From the NCBI GenBank assembly GCA_964016885.1, contig OZ024744.1, positions 57,102,001 to 57,166,000 of the forward strand: a stretch of DNA of 64,000 nt, written 5' to 3'. The notes beneath the pieces were generated by a model. It had not been told where the DNA came from and did no database searches. It saw nothing but the letters and a program-made list of their open reading frames with translations. A program made the position numbers and the translations under genes. The first letter of the stretch is position 1; each line of letters starts with the position of its first letter. Below are positions 12,451 to 25,659 of this stretch, piece after piece. This stretch comes from Eledone cirrhosa. Its lineage: Eukaryota.

Positions 12451-14402
12451 AAATATTTGTTTTGACACACGATTTCATATCAAAAACCTTGTAAAACAAA
12501 TTCATCGCTGTCATTATATATATATATACCAGCGGCAAAATCAAAGACACATGATGACCGAACAACAACAGAAGAACTAGACCCCCATATATCAACCACC
12601 AAACAAAATACTACCGTTCAGAAAATTATCAACATGAAATGCCAGCAAACAGAATATTTCACCACAACAGAAACACTGCTACCTCAAATGGGAATGATTT
12701 TTTTAGAAAAACGGACTGAAATTCACACCCACTCCAAAAGCAGATCAAGCCGACCTTATAACAGACACAGAAGATTTTTGTCAAAAATTACGTCTAGGAG
12801 AATTCTTCCAGGGTGTAGAATATGAGGAGGAATCACTAGTAAGAAACAAAAAGAACTTCAGGCCTCCGTTAAATAGAGACAAACACCTGGAGGATTACAT
12901 AACCTGCCTCCGACGATCGGCACAGTCAAATATTGCAGAGACAAAACACAAACGCAACATCCCTACAGACCAACTGCTAGCACTAAACAAACTACAAAAA
13001 GACTCCTCAATGATCATAAAAGAAGCGGACAAAGGTGGAGCAATCATCATCTTGGACAAAAACCACTACAAGGATATGGTCCTAGAACAGTTGAATAACG
13101 AGGGTTTTTACAGAAAAATCAGCAAAAACGAAGAAAGAAAATCGATGATTAAAGTAGGCAAACTGACGACCAAGTACCAAAACAACCTCACACTAAAGGA
13201 AATCAATTACTTAACCAACTTCGAAATGAAAACCAGCAATTTCTATGGTTTACCGAAGGTTCACAAATCCAGAGAAATCCAAAACAACATAAAAGGCAAA
13301 AATACATCATATGTTGAAGTACCAAAACTGACAGATTTAAAATTACGTCCAATTGTTGCTGCTCCAGCCTCAAGCACACAACGTCTAAGCAACCTATTGG
13401 ACATTATTCTGAAACCCTTATGTAAAAAATGATAAGCTTCATCAGAGATAATATGGAATTCCTGAATTATATCCCCCAGAAAGTACACCAAGAAACAATC
13501 TTAGGAAGGGGAAAATATCAAAACGGACTTATTTTACAAACCAACAGACACACACCAATACTTGAATTTCCGTTCAGCACACCCCTCACATACTAAAAGG
13601 AACATTCCTTTTAACATGGCAAGACGCATCTGCACCGTATTAACACCCCCAACACTATAGGAAAAAAAAATTATATGAATTAAAAGAGTTCCTTAAAAGA
13701 CAAGAATATCCGGTGAGCCTCATCAACACAGCCATCTCCAAAGCTCAGAACATCCCAGTGACAACACTGAGAAAAACAAAGCAACACAATAGAATGGAAA
13801 AACAGTTATCCCTTTTGTCATCACTCACAATCCAAGGAACTACAACATTGTGAAAGCTGCCAAACAATATCTCCCGATTCTCCAGCAGTCCCCTAAAATG
13901 AATGCACTCATAAAAGACGCACAAATTATATATAGTAGACACCAAGCACCCAACCTAAAGAAACTGCTTACCAAGGCAAAATTTACGTCTAATAATGAAG
14001 CAATGCAAGTTAAGAAATGCGAGGACCCTCGATGCGGAACTTGCGAACACATGGAAGAGGGTGGACAAATCTGCTTTAAAAACAACAGTCTTTCACAATT
14101 AATGCAAACATGAATTGCAAAACAAAAACTTGATTTACTGTGCAACCTGCCCACAATGTAAAGAATATTACATTGGTGAAACCGGAACGGGTCTACATGA
14201 CAGAGTTCGAGTACATAAACAACAAATTAGAGACCCCTCTGTCAGAAACACCACATGCAGTGAACACTTCGCAACATGCGCAAAGGGAAATTTCACAATT
14301 TTCCCCTTCTTTAAGATATGGTCGGGCAACGAACATTTCCGAAAATATAAAGAAGAATTCTTTATTAGAAAATACAAACCACTACTGAACACAAAAAAGT
14401 GA
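12450..14402 (+). pseudogene. Penelope-like retroelement RT + GIY-YIG endonuclease, disrupted, RT core deleted near 13500
   Basis: IIKEADKGGAIII, FYGLPKVHK, LRPIV, YKPTDTHQYL..SAHP; GIY-YIG NLIYCATCPQCKEYYIGETG..RVRVH. Confidence 0.92.
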
Positions 14403-14569
14403 TATTCCATCTTCAAGTAACGGGATTCTCCCCATCTCTTTTCTTAAAAAAAAATCTCATATTGAAAAAGATAAATAGTTGATGACACCCGTACTTTCAA
14501 ACATTCGATTGCTTAAGAGAAGAAAAACCCTCAGGGGTACAATAACATTTCATTAATTCCCACTTCCCC

Positions 14570-14761
14570 ACAATGTATATATGAACTTAAACACTTGAGT
14601 AGATGTATGTACATATATGTATGTATAGATGTGTTTTTTTATATATATGTGTCTGTAGTACAGATATATGTGTACATGTTTAAATGTATGTGTGTGTGTA
14701 TATATGTGTATGTATGCACGTACGTATGTGGGAGATATATATATATATGTGTGTGTATGTG

Positions 14762-14812
<51 letters not shown>

Positions 14813-15000
14813 ATGTATATGTATATATATATATGTATGTGTATACGTATGTATGTGTTGGTGTATGCATATGTGTGTGTATATATATATGTGTGTGTGG
14901 GTGTTTATGTGTGTGTGTATGTGTATATATATGCGTATGCATGTGTGTGTATGTATGTAACATATATGGACTGTAAATATATTTACATATAGGGAAGTGA
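14570..15000. repeat. compound (TA)n/(TG)n microsatellite
   Basis: direct inspection. Confidence 0.95.
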
Positions 15001-15156
15001 ATATGTGAGCAAGCATGTCCCCCACACACTTCCTCTCCCAAACCAATATCAACAACACATTTCTGACAAATGTTCCCAAACTATCCTTCTTTTCTCTTTT
15101 TACTGTCAACCCATTCTTATCAAAAGACATGTATCATACACCTCATTAAAACCAGG

Positions 15157-18100
15157 CATCTACGACTTGTCTGTGTCTACGGTTGTATGCCGTCTATGAC
15201 TAGTCCATGTCTACAGTTCTATGCCGTCTATGACTTGTCTGTGTCCACGGTTGTATACCGTCTATGACTACTCTGTGTCTACAGTTGTATACCGTCTATG
15301 ACTAGTCTGTGTCTACGGTTGTATACCGTCTATGACTAGTCTGTATCTACAGTTCTATGCCGTCTATGACTTGTCTGTGTCTACAGTTGTATACCGTCTA
15401 TGACTAGTCTGTGTCTACGGTTGTATACCGTCTATTACTCGTCTGTGTCTACTGTTGTATACTGTCTATGACTAGTCTGTGTCTACAGTTGTATGCTGTC
15501 TATGACTACTCTGTGACTACAGTTGTATACTGTCTATGACTAGTCCATGTCTACAGTTGTATACCGTCTATGACTAGTGCGTGTCTATGGTTGTATACCA
15601 TGAATGACATGTCTGTGTCTACAGTTGTATATCATCTACGAATAGTCTGTGTCTACGGTAGTATGCCATCTATGACTTGTCTGTGACTACAGTTGTATAC
15701 CGTCTATGACTAGCCTGTCTACAGTTTTATACCGTCTATGACTAGTCTGTGTCTACAGTTGTATACCGTCTATGGCTACTCTGTGTCTACAGTTGTATAC
15801 CGTCTATGACTAGTCTGTGTCTACAGTTGTATACCATATAAGACTAGTCTGTGCTACAGTTGTATGTCATCTATAAATATTCTGTGTATACAGTTGTATG
15901 TCATCTATAAATATTCTGTGTATACAGTTGTATGCCGTCTATGACTAGTCTGTGTCTAATGTTGTATACCGGCTATGACTTGTCAGTGTCTACAGTTGTA
16001 TGCCGTTATGACTTGTCTGTGACAACAGTTGAATACTGTCTATGAATAGTCTGTGCCTACAGTTGTATGCCGTCTATGACTTGTCTGTGTCTACGGTTGT
16101 ATACCGTCTATGACTAGTGTGTGTCTACAGTTTTATCCCGTTTATTACTAGTCTGTGTCTACAGTTGTATGCCATCTATGACTACGCTATGACTATAGTT
16201 GTATACCGTCTATAACTAGTCTACAGTTGTATCCCATCTATGACTAGTCTGTGTCTATGGTTGCATAACATCAATGACATGTCTGTGTCTACAGTTGTAT
16301 ATCATCTACGAATAGTCGGTGTCTACGGCAGTATGCCATCTATGACTTGTCTGTGACTACAGTTGTATACCGTCTACAATTAGTCTGTGTCTACAGTCGT
16401 ATACCGTCTACAATTAGTCTGTGACTACAGTTGGATACCGTCTATGAATAGTGCTTCTCTACGGTTATATGCCGTCTGTGACTAGTCTGTCTACAGTTGT
16501 ATACCGTCAATGACAAGTATGTGTCTACTGTTGTATATCATCTATGACTAGTCTGTGTCTACAGTTTTATACCGTCTATGACTAGTGTGTGTCGACAGTC
16601 GTATGCCGTCTATGACTAGTCTGTGTCTACAGTTGTATTCCGTTCATGAATTGTCTGTGTCTACGGTTGTATACCGTCTATGACTAGTCCGAGTCTAGAG
16701 TTTTATACCGTCTATGACTAGTCTGTGTCCACGGTTGTATACCGTCTATGAGTTGTCTGTGTGTACTGTTGTAAACCGTCTATGACTAGTTTGTGTCTAG
16801 GGTTATATGCCGTCTATGACTTGTCTGTGTCTACGGTTGTATATCGTCTATGAGTAGTGTGTCTATAGTTGTATACCGTCTATTACTCGTCTGTGTCTAC
16901 TGTTGTATACTGTCTATGACTAGTCTGTGTCTACAGTTGTATGCTATCTATGACTACTCTGTGACTACAGTTGTATACTGTCTATGACTAGTCCATGTCT
17001 ACAGTTGTATACTGTCTATGACTAGTCCATGTCTACAGTTGTATACCGTCTATGACTAGTGCGTGTCTATGGTTGTATACCATAAATGACATGTCTGTGT
17101 CTACAGTTGTATATCATCTACGAATAGTCTGTGTCTACGGTAGTATGCCGTCTATGACTAGTCTGTGACTACAGTTGTATATCGTCTATGACTAGTCTGT
17201 GTCTACAGTTGTATACCGTCTAAGACTAGTCTGTGTCTTCAGTTGTATACCGCCTATGACTAGTGTGTGTCGACAGTCGTATGCCGTCTGTGACTAGTCT
17301 GTGTCTACAGTTGTATTCCGTCCATGAATTCTGTCTACGGTTGTATACTCTCTATGACTAGTCCGTGTCTAGAGTTTTATACTGTCTATGACTAGTCTGG
17401 TCCACGGTTGTATGCCGTCTATGACTTGTCTGTGTCTACGGCTGTACACCGTCTATGACTAGTCTGTGACTACAGTTGTATACCGTCTATGACTAGCCTG
17501 TCTACAGTTTTATACCGTCTATTATTAGTCTGTGTCTACAGTCGTATGCCATCTATGACCACTCTGTGACTACAGTTGTATACCGTCTATAACTAGTATG
17601 TGTCTACAGTTCTATACCGTCTATGACTAGTCCATGTCTACAGTTGTATACCGTCTATGACTAGTCCGTGTCTATGGTTGTATACCATGAATGTCATGTC
17701 TGTGTCTACAGTTGTATATCATCTACGAATAGTCTGTGTCTACGGTAGTATGCCATCTATGACTTGTCTGTGACTACAGTTGTATACCATCTATGACTTG
17801 TCTGTGTCTACAGTTGTTTACCGTCTATGACTTGTCTGTGTCTAAAGTTGTATACCGTATATGACTAGTGTGTGACTACAGTTGTATACCGTCTATGACT
17901 AGTCTGTCAACAGTTGTATACTGTCTATTACTAGTCTGTGTCTACTTTTATATACCGTCTATGTCTAATCTGTTTCTACAGTTGTATGCCATTTATGACT
18001 AGTCTGTGACTACAGTTGTATACCGTCTATAACTAGTCTGTGTCTACAGTTCTATACCATCTATGACTAGTCTATGTCTACAGTTGTATACCGTCTATGA

Positions 18101-19260
18101 CTAGTCCGTGTCTATGGTTGTATGCCATCTATGACTTGTCTGTGTCTACAGTTGTATATCATCTACGACTAGTCTGTTACTACAGTTCTATACCATCTAT
18201 GACTTGTCTGCGTCTACAGTTGCATACCGTCTATGACTTGTCTGTTTCTACAGTTGTATACCGTCTATGACTTGTCTGTTTCTACAGTTGTATGCCATCT
18301 ACGACGAGTCTGTGACACCAGTTGTATACCGTCTATAACTAGTCTGTGTCTACAGTTCTATACCGTCTATCACTAGACTATGTCTACAGATGTGTACCAT
18401 CTATGACTAGTCTGCGTCTATGGTTGTATGACATCTTCGACTAGTCTGTGTCCTCGGTAGTATGCCATCTATGACTTGTCTGTGACTACAGTTGTATACC
18501 ATCTATGACTTGTCTGTGTCTACAGTTATATACCATCTATGACTTGTCTGTGTCTACTGTTGTATTGCGTCTATGACTAGTCTGTGACTACAGTTGTATT
18601 CTGTCCATGAATTATCTGTCTACGGTTGTATACCATCTATGTCTAGTCCGTGTCTAGAGTTTTATACTGTCTATGACTAGTCTAGTCCCCGGTTGTATGC
18701 CGTCTATGACTTATCTGTGTCTACGGCTGTACACCGTCTATGACTAGTCTGTGACTACAGTTGTATACCGTCTACGACTAGCCTTTCTACAGTTTTATAC
18801 CGTCTATTATTAGTCTGTGTCTACAGTTGTATGACATCTATGACTACTTTGTGACTACAGTTGTATACCGTCTATAACTAGTCTGTGCCTACAGTTCTAT
18901 ACCGTCTATGACAAGTTCATGTCTACTGTTGTATACCGTCTATGACTAGTCCGTGTCTATGGTTGTATACCATGAATGACATGTCTGTGTCTACAGTTGT
19001 ATATCATCTATGAATAGTCTGTGTCTACGGTAGTATGCCATCTATGACTTGTCTGTGACTACAGTTGTATACCATCTATGACTTGTCTGTGTCTACATTT
19101 GTATACCGTCTAAGACTAGTCTGTGTCTTCAGTTGTATACCGCCTATGACTAGTCCGTGACTGCGATTGTATGCCGTCTAAGACTAGTCAGTGTCTTCAG
19201 TTGTATACCGCCTATGACTAGTCAGTGACTGCGATTGTATGCCGTCTATGAATTGTCTAT
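15157..19260. repeat. 34-bp tandem satellite GTCTACAGTTGTATACCGTCTATGACTAGTCTGT, ~120 copies
   Basis: continuous 34-bp periodicity with point variants and no spacers. Confidence 0.97.
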
Positions 19261-19519
19261 ATGCTTAATTTGAGTGGGAAGAAATGCTTCAGACAAATAG
19301 ATTTTATTGCCTTAGGTCATTAACACTTTAGGTGGCTGACCTGAGGTAAAAATGTGAGGTAGACTTTGTAACTCATTGTGAAATAGTATTTTTATGTTGC
19401 TTACGTTCTGAGTTCAAATGCCGTTGGGATTAGCTTTGCCTTTCATCCTTATGCGGCCAATACAATAAAGCACCAGTAACACACTGGGGTTGATTTAATT
19501 GACTTTCCCTTAGCCAAAA

Positions 19520-22500
19520 TTGGGAGAGCAACAACAAAATTAACAGTAAGAATAACAACGACAACAGCAGCAGCAACATACTAAATTCAGACCTTTTGAC
19601 TGAACATACCTACCTGGTGACAAAGCAGAATGTGACCCCTTCCATCACAACACAGAAGGGTCCCTCAAAATAAGCCATTTACTTCACAGGAGCAACAAAA
19701 CCTACAGAAACAATAACTGTCAACAAAGATGTAGTAAGGGTGGCTAAGCAGATGCTAAGGAGGGAGGGGGCATAGAGTAAGCCTCACACCTTCACCTGAT
19801 TTTATTGAAAACGTGTGATATTGTATGATAACATACACACCAGGTGGAGTGAGCCACCAAGTCCCAAATCTCAAAGGCTTTGGGTTGTATATAGGAATGC
19901 AAAAGTTATATTGTTCGAGGCAGGCTTTGTGATGGTGGATATGTTTTTCATAACCCCAGAGTAATCCAGACAACACTCACTCACACCACTGAGGTGTGAA
20001 GAACTGACTCTACTGCTGATGCATTGTGGCCAAAAATTTATAAAAGTCAAAGTGACCCAGGTGCCACCCACAATAGTTATTCCTTTGCTAGTAGCTGCTG
20101 TACTCATGGATGGTAAAAATTTTAGATATAAAAATATAAAACTGGAAAACTGTTTAAGATTGGGGATGGAACTACTTATCCAAACAAATCAAGAAAATAT
20201 TGAGGCCATCCTTAACATAATAGACTCTGTGGATGCTACCCATCTCCCCGTGACTACTTGCGACACATGTGGTGTAAAACAACATCTCAGTACTTTCTGC
20301 CCTCAACAATAGAATGTAAGAGAAAAAAGTTAAAACTTCAAACACCTAACATCACCACCTCATCAACCTCACTCCCACCATATAATGCATCATGTAGAAC
20401 ACGCCACAAATATTAAAGAGAACTGTATCACCTAACAAAAGAAACTGCATTAGCCACACACAAACAATTTCTACAAAACATCTACACAAAATTGGAAATG
20501 AAATATCTCAATGGGATCAAACACTTCTGAGGGTCATCACAAAAATAATATATACACACATAACCGTTGAGCCCACAATTAGCCGGAGGGACGGATCAGC
20601 TGTCCTTTCTCGACATAAGCAGGGTACATTATTTTTCTTACTTTTAATCAAAGTGTATTTGCAGTGTAAATGCACGTGGTCTGTGGTCATCATGGAAGTA
20701 GGGCCACTTGCTCAACGACTTCAGGTCACAGAATATAAATGTGGTGGCTATCAGAATCTGTGAGATATGAGCCTTTGCATCTATTTTCAGTGGCTACAAG
20801 ATGTACACATCTCCAAACCATTTGGAATTGGGAAGTGAAGTGACTGTGTTGTTTCAGAAAGACATGAATCTTGCAATACAGATGAACTTCCTGAATCCAG
20901 AAGATAAATCAGTTGTGCTGGATGTGGTCAATAATTGTTTCTACTTTTGGCACAAGGCCAGCGATTTCCCCAGTGCACCACTGGTACTTTATTTTATCGA
21001 CCTCATAAGGATCAAAGGCAAAGTTAACCTCAGCGGATTTGAACTCAGAACGCAAAGGACCATAACTATGCTGCAAAACATGGTGTCTGACGCTCTACCG
21101 ATACTGCCAAAACCACGGTCAATAATGAAGGATATGCTTTCAGGCTAGTGGCTGTCTATATCTTGGAAGCGACAAGACAGCCAGATTTCTTCAGGCACCT
21201 GAAGACTTTTCTAGGAACAGCCTGCTCTTTAATGTTAGTTGGTGACCAGAATGGTATCTTAAATGGGCACTGGGACTGTGTGTGGTCTGGTAGATCGAGA
21301 AGGCGGGAGCAAAATCCTAGCTAATCTGCTCAGACCTTTCCAACTGTCTGACAGGTACCTGGTTTCCAAATGTGTCAGTTAAATGGCTCTCAGTGACGGA
21401 GGTGGAATGTTCTAAAAAGTTGATAACAGCAACTAAAATAAGGGAGCTGTTGACTAACTGTATGAGGGTAAGTCTGCTCTACAAGCTTTATGCTTACATG
21501 CCAGACTTGTTTGGTAACCTCATGGCAGACATCTACTGCAACTGGCAACATAACAGAAGAATTCAGTTCTGTGATCTGAGGAGTGGTGGTCCTGCTAAAA
21601 AAGACCCGAACAATGGGGATCATATGGATAATTTTAGGCCTATAACTCAGCTAAATGCAGAATTCAAAATTTTGGTCTAGGTGTTAACAACAAAGTTGGC
21701 ACTGGTTGTCAATGGTCTGGTAGGGAAGGTGCAGACATGAACCATTCTGAACCAAGCAATCTATGTAAACCTCCACCTTATGCAATACATGATAAAGAGG
21801 GAGCAGCTGAGGAACCTGGCACAGGTAGGGCCCTGATCAAATTAGATCAATCATAACCTTTTGATGGGATTAACCATTAGTACCTGGTGGTGGTCCTCAA
21901 GACAACCAGTTTCGGACCAGTTTTCAGGGGGTAGATTGCTGCAATGCACAGTGACATCTGTTCAGCAATCAGAGTGAATGGATACCTATCGGAACCGTTC
22001 AATATCATGCGCTTGGCCCACCAAGAATGCCCCCTCCTCCCATCCCTATTGCACAAATTGGAAACATTGAGGGGCATCCAATATGAACTAGAATATGGGA
22101 GACCTATGTAAGCATATACCCAATGTAGTCAAACACCAAACACCCTGAGGTGACTGCACTGTTCTCAGGGAATACAACACAGGAGAACAAAGCAGGGAGT
22201 ACAAGGTAGTAACAGGAGTGAACATTAACCAGGATAATTCAGTAGGCCTGCAGTTTGGTCCTTGGTGAGGCAGGTTTATGTTGTCCAACAGCATTGTCAG
22301 GTGCTGGATGGACTGATTAAATTGCTCTGAGTTTGGTTTGGTCCAGAGTTCCAGACGGTCAAAACCTGGGACAATATAACAAGCATGGTGGACACTCACA
22401 CAGAAAAATCGGCTGATAGGAAGCCATCCCTTAAAGGTTAGGTAGAGATGACAAATATGTACATCACATCTGTCATCTACTACTGCCTGACTGTTGTGCC

Positions 22501-23240
22501 TTGTCCTAAGCCCTGTCTAACTACACTCGAGTATCTGCCCTTTCACTTTTTGTGGAAGGAATACATCCCATTCATCAGGTGATCTATGGAGGACTGGGCA
22601 TATAATGGCTGATGATGTGCATACATACATACACTGATATCTCCAACTTTTCCTTGATGGTGAGCTGGTGTGGTCACCATTTGCTAGCCTGATCCTCAGT
22701 TTGTCTCCTTGACTGAGCTGCAGTCCTGGGTCAAGCGAAGACCGAGAGGGAGAAGTTGGATATCTTCAAGTGCTTACAGTCCTCAGCTAAGTGGTAAGTA
22801 CAACTATTGGAAATTTCACCTTTACGTTCTATAAAGTTAGTGGCAGGTAAAAGTGATGATGTTCTTGAGGAGACTCTGGATATTGATGAAAATCAACTAG
22901 CCACTCTTTTCTGGAGAACTTTTGGTCCAGAACCCATGGATAACTTCCAGAAATACCTGGCTTGTCAGTTCTACAGGGGAGCATTGACAGTTCAAGATAA
23001 ACTCTACAAGGATGGAAGTGCCATCAGTCAGGGCTGTTTGCTCTGCAGCAATGAAACTGTCCTGCATGCACTCATAAGTGACGCTCAGAATTCTCCTCCT
23101 TATTGAAGAACTTTCTTTTGTTTTACATTTGTAAACATTTTTTTTACATGCAAAACCCAGATTGTACTGTCCTGTATTGTCTATAATATTTTCTTGGTGT
23201 AAGCCTCGTGTGGCTAATAAAGAAATCACCATCACTACCA
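19520..23240 (+). mobile_element. old, heavily decayed Tx1/L1-like LINE (subfamily C)
   Basis: ORF1 knuckle CDTCGVKQHLSTFC; ORF2 remnants SVNARGL, YCNWQHN, NFRPITQLNAE, MDNFQK; 3' end aataaagaaat followed by (CAC/CAT)n. Confidence 0.85.
20936..21116 (-). mobile_element. tRNA SINE nested in Tx1-C
   Basis: SINE consensus; TSD GGTCAATAAT at 20926-20935 and 21117-21126. Confidence 0.85.
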
Positions 23241-23249
23241 TGCTAGATT

Positions 23250-24660
23250 TACAGGTATGTTCTCTAGAAACCTTTGAACACTTTTCTTTATGACACCTAG
23301 AGCTCCTATCACTCTACGAGAATAGTTTGGGTTTTAAGGTTCCATATTCTGTTTATCTCAATTTCTAGATTTTTATATTTTCTCATACTCTTTTGCTGAC
23401 ACATTTCTATCAAATGGTACAGTCATGTTAATTAGTAAACAAGTCTTGTTTTTTAAATCTTCAATAATAATAATAGGGAAGTTTACATTAATAGTGTGAT
23501 CTGTGTGAATGGTAAAGTCCCAAAGGATTGTTGCTCCTTCAGTCTTAGTTACCAGTTGTAGTTTGTGTTCATACCAGCTTTCCGTATTTTCTGCGTTGTA
23601 TATTTTGCATATTATCCAGTGGATACATTGCCCCACTCTATCACGTCTAATCTTATATTCAGTTGCTGCTAATGCGGGTCATCCAGATATTATATGGTCA
23701 ATTGTTTCAAGCTGTACGTCACATTTCTTGCATTTGGAGTCTGCTCCATTTTTGAGAATATTTGCTTGATAATTCTTAGTAAAGAGGTTTTCTCCTGGCC
23801 AACAAAAATAAAACCTTCTGTTTTAGGTCCTAATCCTGAAATTCATAACCATTGATGGGTTTGTGCTTGATCTTTCATCACAGCATTGTAAATTTTAATC
23901 TTATGTGTATTAATTTGTTGTTCTGAAACTTAGGTAGTTTGTTTGTGTTTTTCATTTCGGGGCTTAAGGTTATATTTAAATCCCTGACAATGCCTTTTAT
24001 AGCTTCTGAAATGTCTTTTGCACTGTCTTCTAGAATCCTGATATCATTTTCATTATCCTCAGCAACTGGTTCTCGAAGTTGTTCTTCACCAATATTTCTA
24101 TTCTGTCCGATATCGTCAATCTTCTTTTGACTTCTCCTTCCAACATGTTATCAATTGTTACTATTGGTGTCCTGATATTGTTAGGCTGTATTGGTATTTC
24201 TGGTTCTCTATTATTACATTATGTCCTTATCTCTTCTAATTTAATGAATGTCAATTTGTTTTCTTTTACAATATATCTACGTGTATTACCTAGTTTATTG
24301 ACATCTATGTAGAGGTAGATGTTTTCACCAACCAGTTTCTTCCATTCAGTGTATGTTTGTTTTGTAACATTTTATTGGTGGTTGTTTAATGTGGTATAGA
24401 AAGCTATAAAAACCTGTTTATATTCCTCCCTAGTCCATTTTTGTTTTGTTTTCTGATTTCAAGTTGTTTGTTAGTGTTTGTTCTACTGGTCCAAAGTTGG
24501 ACCTATTGAACTGTTAGATTGGAAGGTTGCTTCAGTTGTTGATTTTTCAATCTCTGCCTGTTGCATCACTGGAAAACAAGTCCCTTGATAGCCCACATGA
24601 TGGATGATGTAATATAATTTAGGGGCTTAGGCATTTTGCACTTATAAATTCTGTTTTACC
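23250..24660 (-). mobile_element. R4/Dong-like REL LINE, internally deleted
   Basis: IHWIICK..WYEHK..ILWDFTIHTD..CLLINMTVPFD..KEYEK (restriction-like endonuclease); N-terminal KWTREEY-like segment near 24430. Confidence 0.75.
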
Positions 24661-24879
24661 CTTACTGGCAGGGAGTATATATTTGTGTACCACACTAGAC
24701 AGGTTTTCTTAAAGAATCTTAGAGAGACCTCTCTGAACTCTTTGAGGGGGGTTTACCTGTGCTGTCCACCATCCCAGTATTTCAAAACCCTGCAGCAGCC
24801 AAACTTAAGTGTAGCTATACCAGCAATGATTTATATTATTATTATTATCATTATTATTATTTTGTGCATTATCACTGCA

Positions 24880-25215
24880 TTACCAAGCAAAATTCTGTGC
24901 ACCTTGGGTATGGGTAGTGTGGTTTTTGGTGGTGTTTGTTCTATTGTATTGATAGTACTCTTCGTAATATGTGTGCAGTGCCTAATAGTGTTATTTTTTG
25001 TATGTTGTGTATATTTGTAAGTCCTGGGGTTTTGGTTATATTTTTGTCCGTGTGTTATTCTATCATTCTATCATTCCTAGAGTACCTATTATTAAAGGTA
25101 TTGTTTCTGTCTTCAACATCCACATTCAGGTTATTTATATCTCTAGATCTTTATATTTGGATAGTTTCTCCATTTCTTTGGTAGATATGTTGTCATCAGT
25201 TGGGATTGATACATC
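24880..25215 (-). mobile_element. R4-like LINE 3' fragment
   Basis: IDVSIPTDDNISTKEMEKLSKYKDL...QKITLLGTAHILRRVLS. Confidence 0.75.
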
Positions 25216-25229
25216 AATTGTTATTATTA

Positions 25230-25478
25230 ATTAACTTTGCCTTTCATCCTTACGGGGTCGATAAAATAAAGTACCAGTAATGCACTGGGATAATTGCTGG
25301 CCTTGTGCCAAAAGTAGAAACAATTATTATTATTATTATTACTATTATTATTGTTCTTGGAGTCTCAGTCATTGATGTTATTTAACTTGACTTTGCCTTT
25401 CATCCTTACGGGGTCGTTAAAATAAAGTACCAGTAATGCACTGGGTAATTGCTGGCCTTGTGCCTAAAGTAGAAACAG
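25230..25478 (+). mobile_element. two 5'-truncated SINE copies with (ATT)n tail
   Basis: actttgcctttcatccttacggggtcg...aaagtagaaaca occurs twice. Confidence 0.85.
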
Positions 25479-25499
25479 TTATTTAACTGGAAGTTTGTT

Positions 25500-25650
25500 C
25501 AAATGAATATCAAGCTGTTACCTCCAGCCTCAGATATTCAGGATGTATCGGAGGATTCTTGCTGTTCCCAGCAAGCATGCCTTTTGAAGTGATCCAAAAA
25601 AGGGGGCTTGACTAATGTTCTTTAACCACCCTTGAAAACTCTTCAAGATA
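25500..25650 (-). mobile_element. R4-like LINE extreme 3' end
   Basis: LQKACLLGTARILRYILNI*; similar to 63435-63545. Confidence 0.7.
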
Positions 25651-25659
25651 AGAATAAGA

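Noticed and set aside
15157-19260. CRISPR-like array (34-bp partly palindromic repeat)
   Set aside because: Units are contiguous with no unique spacers, there are no cas genes, and the context is eukaryotic.
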